The notes under the pieces were generated by a model. The model saw nothing but the letters and a program-made list of their open reading frames with translations, did no database searches and was not told the origin of the DNA. A DNA stretch of 24,000 nucleotides from assembly GCA_016874715.1 (NCBI GenBank), contig VGTK01000010.1, positions 21,418 through 45,417 of the forward strand, in the 5' to 3' direction. Below are positions 18,112 to 24,000 of the stretch, piece after piece (positions within the stretch are counted from its first letter, which is position 1; each line of letters begins with the position of its first letter). Made by a program: the position numbers and the translations under genes. The DNA is from Deltaproteobacteria bacterium. Lineage in GTDB: Bacteria; Desulfobacterota; Binatia; UBA12015.

Positions 18112-18462
18112 ATGACCGTCATCGACGCAATCGAAGCCGAACAGCTGCGCAGCGACATCCCCGCCTTCCGGCCGGGCGACACCGTCCGCGTCCACGTGAA
18201 GGTGGTCGAGGGCGAGAAGGAGCGCATCCAGGTGTTCGAGGGTGCCGTCCTGCGCCGCAGCAACGGCGGCATCCGCGAGACGTTCACCGTGCGCAAGGTA
18301 TCGTACGGCGTCGGCGTCGAGCGCACGTTCCCGGTGCACTCGCCGCGCATCGACAAGGTCGAGCTCACCACGCGCGGCAAGGTCCGGCGCGCGAAGCTGT
18401 ATTACCTGCGCGAGCTCTCCGGCAAGGCGGCGCGCATCAAGGAGGTCGGGGCGCGGCGGTGA
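18112..18462 (+). CDS. rplS: 50S ribosomal protein L19
   Basis: [105 protein letters not shown]. Confidence 0.98.
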   Translation: MTVIDAIEAEQLRSDIPAFRPGDTVRVHVKVVEGEKERIQVFEGAVLRRSNGGIRETFTVRKVSYGVGVERTFPVHSPRIDKVELTTRGKVRRAKLYYLRELSGKAARIKEVGARR

Positions 18463-18884
18463 GCCCCGAGCGCGCGTCCGGTCCGGTCGCCGAGGCGGGC
18501 GATTCCGGCGAGCGCTTCAAGCACGAGATCGCGGCCGACGTCGCGATCAGTGGCCGCATCTCCTTTCCCGGAAACGCACGCATCGATGGGCGCCTCACGG
18601 GCGAGGTGCGCGCCGACGCGCTCCTGGTCGTCGGCCCCACCGCGCACCTGCGCGCCGACGTCCGGGCGCAGAGCCTCGTCCTCTTCGGCACCATCGAGGG
18701 CAGCGTGTGCCAGAGCGACAGCGTCGAGCTGAAGCCCGGCAGCAGGCTCATCGGCGGGCTCGAGGCGGAGCGCGTCGTCGTTCACGCGGGCGCACTCTTC
18801 GAGGGCCGCTGCTCCATCGGCAAGCGGTCGCCGGCCATGGCCGCAGCGCAGTCCGCCAGGCACGCCAAGGCGCGCGAAGCCTGA
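18459..18884 (+). CDS. Bactofilin / polymer-forming cytoskeletal protein
   Basis: [99 protein letters not shown] is a repetitive beta-helix pattern typical of bactofilins. GTG start overlaps the rplS stop. Confidence 0.9.
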   Translation: MSPERASGPVAEAGDSGERFKHEIAADVAISGRISFPGNARIDGRLTGEVRADALLVVGPTAHLRADVRAQSLVLFGTIEGSVCQSDSVELKPGSRLIGGLEAERVVVHAGALFEGRCSIGKRSPAMAAAQSARHAKAREA

Positions 18885-18910
18885 GCGACGCGCGCCGGTC
18901 GCAGAGAACG

Positions 18911-19768
18911 TCAGCGCAGCCCGAGCGCGGACACCACCCCGAGCGACGCCTCGGCGAAGTTCATCGTGTACAGGTGCACGCCCGGGGCACCGGCACGGCG
19001 TAGCTGCTCGCAGAGCCTGGTCGCGACATCGACGCCGATCTCGCGGCGCGCGGCGACGTCGTTGCCCGCCTTCTCGAGCCGGGTGCGAATCTCGTCGGGG
19101 AACTCGGTCGCATTCGCCGCCGACATGCGCGCGACGCCCTCTGCGTTGGTGGGCGGCATGATCCCGGGGATCACCGGCGTGCGCACGCCGCGCTTCGCGA
19201 GCTCCTCCACGAAGCGCTCGTAGTGCTCGACGCGAAAGAAGAACTGGGTGATCGCGAAGTCGGCCGCGGCGAGCTTCGCCGCGTGGTGCGCGAGGTCGTC
19301 CTCCCGGCTGCTCGCCCGCGGGTGGCCCTCGGGATGGGCTGCCACGCCCACCGAGAACGGCCCTCGCTGGCGCACCAGCTCGGCGAGGTCGATCGCATGG
19401 TGGAAGTGGCCGGTCGGCACGTCCACCGTGCCCTCGGGCAGGTCGCCGTGCAGGACGAGGAGGTTCTCGATGCCGTCGTCCCGGTAGCGGTCGATGATCG
19501 TCGTGATCTCTTCCCGCGTGTGCGCGACGCACGTCAGGTGCGGCATCCCCGTGATGTGCAGGCCATGCTGGATGCGCGACACCACCTCGGCCGTCGGGCC
19601 GCGCGTCGATCCACCCGCACCGTAGGTCACGGACATGAAGCTCGGCCGCAGCCGGGCGAGGCGCTCGAGCGCGCGCTCCAGGCGCTCGTTTCCCGCCGGG
19701 TCGCGGGGCGCGGAGAACTCGAACGAGAGGGTCGGTCCGGCTGCTATGAGGTCGGCGATCTTCGCCAT
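18911..19768 (-). CDS. metF: Methylenetetrahydrofolate reductase
   Basis: LSFEFSAPRD...FMSVTYGAGGSTR...MPHLTCVAHTREEI...ENLLVLHGD...FSVGVAAHPEGHP...LAAADFAITQFFFRVEHYERFV...VIPGIMPPTN...GAPGVHLYTMNFAEA. ATG at 19766-19768. Confidence 0.95.
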   Translation of the reverse strand: MAKIADLIAAGPTLSFEFSAPRDPAGNERLERALERLARLRPSFMSVTYGAGGSTRGPTAEVVSRIQHGLHITGMPHLTCVAHTREEITTIIDRYRDDGIENLLVLHGDLPEGTVDVPTGHFHHAIDLAELVRQRGPFSVGVAAHPEGHPRASSREDDLAHHAAKLAAADFAITQFFFRVEHYERFVEELAKRGVRTPVIPGIMPPTNAEGVARMSAANATEFPDEIRTRLEKAGNDVAARREIGVDVATRLCEQLRRAGAPGVHLYTMNFAEASLGVVSALGLR

Positions 19769-19808
19769 CGGGTGATCCTGTAGGACGGGCGCGACGCGGT
19801 AAAGGGCC

Positions 19809-20867
19809 TCAACGCGGCGCGGGTGGCACGGGAAGGACCTGCGCGGGTGGCACGGGAAGGACCTGCGCGGGCGGCAAGGGAAAGACATGACATGCGACCG
19901 CGTGCGCCGCATCGCCCTCGAGGGCGGGACGATCGACCCTGCAGCGAGCCTCCGCAAAGGCGCAGCGGGGGTGGAACGGGCACCCCGGCGGCGGTGCGAT
20001 CGGGCTCGGCACGTCTCCGGCGAGGGCCATGCGCTGTGCGCGGTTTGCGGGGTCCGGCTCGGGGACGGCCGACAGGAGCGCCCGCGTGTAGGGATGGTGC
20101 GGCTCCTCGAGCAGGCGCGCGGTCGTCCCGACCTCGACCACGCGGCCGAGGTACATGACCGCGATGCGATGGCTCAGGTGCGCGACCACGCGCAGGTCGT
20201 GCGCGACGAAGAAGTAGGCGAGCGCGTGCTTCTGCTGCAGATCGGCGAGCAGGTTGATGACCTGAGCCTGCACCGACACGTCGAGCGCGGAAACCGGCTC
20301 GTCGCAGACGACGAAGCGCGGCCCGACCGCCAGCGCACGCGCGATGCCGATCCGCTGGCGCTGCCCGCCGCTGAACTCGTGCGGGTAGCGCCCGGCGTGC
20401 TCCGGCCGCAGCCCGACCTCCAGCAGCAGCCGCTCGACCTCCGCCCGCTTCGCCGCGCCGCGCGCGAGGTCGTGGATCTCGAGTCCCTCGGCGACGATCG
20501 CGCCGACCTTCATGCGCGGATCGAGCGACCCGTACGGGTCCTGGAAGACGATCTGCATCTCGCGCCGCAGGCGTCGCAGCTCGCGCGCCGGCAGCGCGCC
20601 GAGATCGCGACCATCGAAGGTGACCGTGCCCGACGTCGGCTCGATCAGACGCAGCAGGAGGCGGCCGAGGGTCGACTTGCCGCAGCCCGACTCTCCCACC
20701 ACACCCAGCGTCTCGCCCTCGTGCACGACGAGGCTCACGTCCTCGACCGCGTGCACGACCTCGCGCTTTCCGCCGAGGAGACCGCCGCCCGAGCGGAAGT
20801 GCTTGACGAGGCGCCGCGCCTCGACGAGCGGGCGACCGGTCGGGCGCGCCGCGCGCTCCGTGCTCAC
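19809..20867 (-). CDS. oppF: Oligopeptide/dipeptide ABC transporter ATP-binding protein (OppF/DppF-like)
   Basis: [34 protein letters not shown]...[18 protein letters not shown]...[15 protein letters not shown]...[17 protein letters not shown]...[19 protein letters not shown] start at 20865-20867 overlaps the oppD stop. Confidence 0.93.
   Translation of the reverse strand: MSTERAARPTGRPLVEARRLVKHFRSGGGLLGGKREVVHAVEDVSLVVHEGETLGVVGESGCGKSTLGRLLLRLIEPTSGTVTFDGRDLGALPARELRRLRREMQIVFQDPYGSLDPRMKVGAIVAEGLEIHDLARGAAKRAEVERLLLEVGLRPEHAGRYPHEFSGGQRQRIGIARALAVGPRFVVCDEPVSALDVSVQAQVINLLADLQQKHALAYFFVAHDLRVVAHLSHRIAVMYLGRVVEVGTTARLLEEPHHPYTRALLSAVPEPDPANRAQRMALAGDVPSPIAPPPGCPFHPRCAFAEARCRVDRPALEGDAAHAVACHVFPLPPAQVLPVPPAQVLPVPPAPR
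19817..19888. repeat. 24-bp tandem repeat, 2 perfect copies plus 1 degenerate, overlapping the 3' end of oppF
   Basis: gcgcgggtggcacgggaaggacct at 19817-19840 and 19841-19864, and gcgcgggcggcaagggaaagacat at 19865-19888. In frame it encodes the tail [23 protein letters not shown]. Confidence 0.95.
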
Positions 20868-21874
20868 GGTTGGCCGCCTCCGTGCAGCGGGAAGTGGCAC
20901 GCGACCAAGCGCTGCGCGGTGACGGCGTGCAGCGCCGGGTCTTCCTGCGCACAGCGGTCCGCCGCGCGCGCGCAGCGGTCGCGGAACCGGCACCCCGACG
21001 GGAGCGCCAGCAGGTCGGGCACCCGGCCTGGAATGGCCGTGAGACGCCGGGCACGGTGCTCCAGCCGCGGCAGCGACGCGAGCAGAGCCTGCGCATAGGG
21101 GTGCGCGGGTGCCGAGAACAACGCGCCGGCGGGCGCCTGCTCGACGATCCGCCCTGCGTACATGATCGCCACCTCGTCGGCCTCCGCCGCGACCACGCCG
21201 AGGTCGTGCGTGATCAGCAGCAGGCTCATGCCGAGCCGGTCCTTGAGGTCTCGCAGCAGGTCGAGGATCTGCGCCTGGATGGTGACGTCGAGCGCGGTGG
21301 TCGGCTCGTCCGCGATCAGCAACGCCGGCTCGCAGGAGATCGCCATCGCGATCATCACCCGCTGCTTCATCCCGCCCGACATCTGGTGCGGGTACGATCG
21401 CGCGCGGCGCTCGGCGTCGGGGATCTCGACCAGGCGCAGCAGGTCGACGGCCCCGGCCCACGCGTCGCTCCGCGACAGCCCACGGTGCAGGCGCAACGCC
21501 TCGGCCACCTGCGCGCCGACGGTGAACACGGGATTCAGGGACGTCGACGGCTCCTGGAAGATCATCGCGATGCGCGCTCCGCGGAGCCGTCGCATGTCGG
21601 CCTCGGGCAGCGCGAGCAGATCGCGGCCCTCGAAGCGGATCGTACCGGAGCGGAGACGCGCGCTCCCGTCGAGCAGGCGCAGGATCGCGAGCGAAGTGAC
21701 GCTCTTGCCGCAGCCGGACTCGCCGACCAGCCCGAGCGTCGCGCCGGGAGCGATCGTGAAGCTCACGCCGTCGATCGCGCGTACCGTGCCGCGCGGGGTC
21801 TCGAACTCGACCACGAGGTCGCGCACCTCGAGCAGCGGCCCCACACCGGGCACCGGATGCTCCGCCCTCCTCAC
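20864..21874 (-). CDS. oppD: Oligopeptide/dipeptide ABC transporter ATP-binding protein (OppD/DppD-like)
   Basis: [23 protein letters not shown]...[19 protein letters not shown]...[19 protein letters not shown]...[19 protein letters not shown]...[31 protein letters not shown] start at 21872-21874. Confidence 0.95.
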   Translation of the reverse strand: MRRAEHPVPGVGPLLEVRDLVVEFETPRGTVRAIDGVSFTIAPGATLGLVGESGCGKSVTSLAILRLLDGSARLRSGTIRFEGRDLLALPEADMRRLRGARIAMIFQEPSTSLNPVFTVGAQVAEALRLHRGLSRSDAWAGAVDLLRLVEIPDAERRARSYPHQMSGGMKQRVMIAMAISCEPALLIADEPTTALDVTIQAQILDLLRDLKDRLGMSLLLITHDLGVVAAEADEVAIMYAGRIVEQAPAGALFSAPAHPYAQALLASLPRLEHRARRLTAIPGRVPDLLALPSGCRFRDRCARAADRCAQEDPALHAVTAQRLVACHFPLHGGGQP

Positions 21875-22929
21875 GGGCGCGCCTCCGCGCGCGGGTCGAG
21901 GCGATCGCGCAGCTGGTCACCGAGGAAGTTGAAGGCCATCGTGGTGATCGCGATGCACACCCCCGGCGCGAGGATCCACGGGTACTTGTCGAGGTTCGTC
22001 AGGTTGTTCGCGTCCTTCAGCAGCGAGCCCCAGCTCGTGCTCGGCTCCTGGATGCCGAGGCCGAGCAGCGACAGCGCGCTCTCGCCGAGGATGAACCCCG
22101 GGATCGCGAGCGTCGCCGCGACGGTCGTGTAGCCGAGCGTCGCGGGAACGACGTGACGGACGATGGTGCGCGCGCGACCGGCGCCGAGCGCGCGCGCCCC
22201 CTGCACGTACTCGAGCTCGCGGATCGACGTCACCATGCCGCGAATCACGCGCGCGAAGCCGGCCCAGCGGATGAAGCTCATCAGCACGACGATGAGCACG
22301 AAGGTCTGTGCCGACGACAGCCCAGGCGGGATCACCGCTGCGAGTGCCAGCAGGAAGTAGAACGACGGCAGCGCCATCATCACCTCGCAGAGGCGCATCA
22401 GCAAGTCGTCGGTGCGGCCGCCGACGTAGCCGGCGACGACGCCGACCAGCGTACCGATGCCGAGACTGATCACCACGCCGACGATGCCGACAGAAAGACT
22501 GATGCGTGCGCCGTACACGAGCCGCGAGAACAGGTCGCGTCCGAGCGCGTCGCTGCCGATGAGAAAGAAGTGCTGTGCCGGGTCGGCCGTCGTCAGCAGG
22601 TGGCCGCGCGTGAAGAAGCCGAGCGCGATGCGGCGGTCGCGATCGGTCTCGTAGCGGCGGCGCAGGCTGTCGACCATGCGCTGCGGGTGCACGTAGAGCA
22701 GCCCCTCCGACGCCCACGCCGACGGCGGCGCGACGTGGAGCCGCATCGGCGGCGCGTTCGGCGAGCGACGGAACTGCCGTCCGGGCTCGTACGGGGCGAT
22801 CCACGGGGCGAGTGCCGCGACCCCGTACAGAAAGAGCAGGACGGCGCCGCTCAGCCCGGCGCGCCACCGCCAGCGGCGCGATGGTGCGCCGCTGGAGTCA
22901 CCCGCGAGCCCTCCGCCCGGCTCGATCAC
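21871..22929 (-). CDS. oppC: Oligopeptide/dipeptide ABC transporter permease (OppC/DppC-like)
   Basis: [22 protein letters not shown]...[44 protein letters not shown]...[27 protein letters not shown]...[18 protein letters not shown]-type region ([29 protein letters not shown]). GTG start at 22927-22929. Confidence 0.93.
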   Translation of the reverse strand: MIEPGGGLAGDSSGAPSRRWRWRAGLSGAVLLFLYGVAALAPWIAPYEPGRQFRRSPNAPPMRLHVAPPSAWASEGLLYVHPQRMVDSLRRRYETDRDRRIALGFFTRGHLLTTADPAQHFFLIGSDALGRDLFSRLVYGARISLSVGIVGVVISLGIGTLVGVVAGYVGGRTDDLLMRLCEVMMALPSFYFLLALAAVIPPGLSSAQTFVLIVVLMSFIRWAGFARVIRGMVTSIRELEYVQGARALGAGRARTIVRHVVPATLGYTTVAATLAIPGFILGESALSLLGLGIQEPSTSWGSLLKDANNLTNLDKYPWILAPGVCIAITTMAFNFLGDQLRDRLDPRAEARP

Positions 22930-23906
22930 TGTGTCCTCGACGCGCCCAGCTCGATCCGCGGGTCCGAGAAGGCGAGCGCCACGTCGGCCAGCAGGTTGCC
23001 GAGAAGCAGCAGCAGCGAGCCGATGAGCACCGAGCCCATGACGAGGTAGATGTCGAGCGCCAGCACCGCCTCGAGCATGAGCGAGCCGAGCCCCTGCAGG
23101 TTCATCACGCTCTCGACGAGAGCAGCGCCGCCGAGCAGCGTGCCGAGCTCGTAGCCGGCGAGGGTGATGAACGGGTTCAGCGCGTTGCGCAGCACGTGCT
23201 TGAAGAGCACCGTGCGCTCCGCGAGCCCCTTCGCGCGGGCGGTGCGCACGAAGTCGGCACGCTGCAGGTCGAGGATCGCGCCGCGCATCAGGCGCATCAG
23301 GCTCGCCATGCCGCTGGTGGCGAGCACGATCGTCGGCAGGATCAGGTGGTGCAGGCGGTCGAGGAGCTTCGCCGACGGGGACAGGTCCTCGTAGTCGAAC
23401 GACACCGAGCCACCGACGGGAAACCAGCCGGTCAGCAGCGCGAAGCGCAGCAGCAGGAACGCGAGGAAGAAGTTCGGCAGCGACATGCCGAGGAACCCGA
23501 GCAGCGACAACACCCTGTCCGAGAGGTGGCCACGGCGCACGGCGACCGCGACGCCGAGCGGGATCGCGAGCAGCCAGGTCACGACCAGCGCGGAGATCGA
23601 CAGGATCAGCGTGTTGACCACGCGCTGACCGATCAGCGTGAGGACGCTCACGCGGTGTGCCACCGAGAGCCCGAGATCGCCCTGCACGGCCTGCGCGAGC
23701 CACGCGAGATAGCGCGCCGGCAGCGGCTCGCCGTAGCCGAAGCTCTGCTTCATCTGCTCGATCGCCTCGGGCGAGATCGAGGGGTTGAGCGCTAGGCTCG
23801 AGAAGAAGTCGCCGGGCGCGAGATCCACGATCAGGAACGACAAGAAGGTGATCCCGACCAGCAAGGGCACCATCTGCAGCAGCCTGCGCAGGAAGAAGAG
23901 CCCCAT
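22926..23906 (-). CDS. oppB: Oligopeptide/dipeptide ABC transporter permease (OppB/DppB-like)
   Basis: MGLFFLRRLLQMVPLLVGITFLSFLIVDLAPGDFF...LGLSVAHRVSVLTLIGQRVVNTLILSISALVVTWLLAIPLGVAVAVRRG...DFVRTARAKGLAERTVLFKHVLRNALNPFIT. ATG at 23904-23906. Confidence 0.95.
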   Translation of the reverse strand: MGLFFLRRLLQMVPLLVGITFLSFLIVDLAPGDFFSSLALNPSISPEAIEQMKQSFGYGEPLPARYLAWLAQAVQGDLGLSVAHRVSVLTLIGQRVVNTLILSISALVVTWLLAIPLGVAVAVRRGHLSDRVLSLLGFLGMSLPNFFLAFLLLRFALLTGWFPVGGSVSFDYEDLSPSAKLLDRLHHLILPTIVLATSGMASLMRLMRGAILDLQRADFVRTARAKGLAERTVLFKHVLRNALNPFITLAGYELGTLLGGAALVESVMNLQGLGSLMLEAVLALDIYLVMGSVLIGSLLLLLGNLLADVALAFSDPRIELGASRTQ

Positions 23907-24000
23907 CCGGCACTGTCGATAGGCCAGCCAGAGCGCTTCCTCAAGACGCAGGACCGTGCCGGGCCGTCCTTGAGACGCCCCGGGGGGGTCGCTACACCCT

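Noticed and set aside
19809-21920. 703-aa ORF spanning oppD and oppF
   Set aside because: The upstream half is an out-of-frame reading of oppD. The real OppF starts at the GTG at 20865-20867, where the conserved sequence begins.
23940-23974. Imperfect inverted repeat (ctcaa...ggac / gtcc...ttgag) upstream of oppB
   Set aside because: Short arms interrupted by an asymmetric internal loop; plausible as an operator, but not supportable without comparative data.

Overview
This 24 kb, very GC-rich window is densely coding and almost entirely housekeeping. The likely source is a deltaproteobacterial or Binatota-like lineage, but that is only an inference from gene order. Strand blocks are: minus <1-3955, plus 4111-4551, minus 4688-11150, plus 11321-18884, minus 18911-23906. 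Content in order: (i) an arn-type L-Ara4N cluster, arnB-arnC-like, with the two ArnA domains encoded by separate genes; (ii) a phasin-like protein; (iii) a minus-strand cluster of ldcA, AmpC-fold serine hydrolase, mpl, a Maf-YggS fusion, proC, yggT and an FmdB-type zinc ribbon; (iv) two tandem DUF507-like genes upstream of groES-groL, with a strong terminator after groL; (v) ffh-rpsP-khpA-rimM-trmD-SPOUT methyltransferase-rplS-bactofilin; (vi) metF and an oppBCDF-type ABC transporter. I see no mobile element, CRISPR array, tRNA/rRNA, defence system or clear new multi-gene system. The best second-look items are the single-ORF Maf-YggS fusion, rimM lacking any ATG/GTG/TTG/CTG start upstream of its conserved N-terminus (the only rare candidate is ATT), a perfect 33-bp in-frame minisatellite at the end of the formyltransferase gene, a 24-bp in-frame repeat at the end of oppF, eight 4-nt stop/start overlaps that all use TTGA or GTGA and never ATGA, and a bactofilin gene coupled to rplS.
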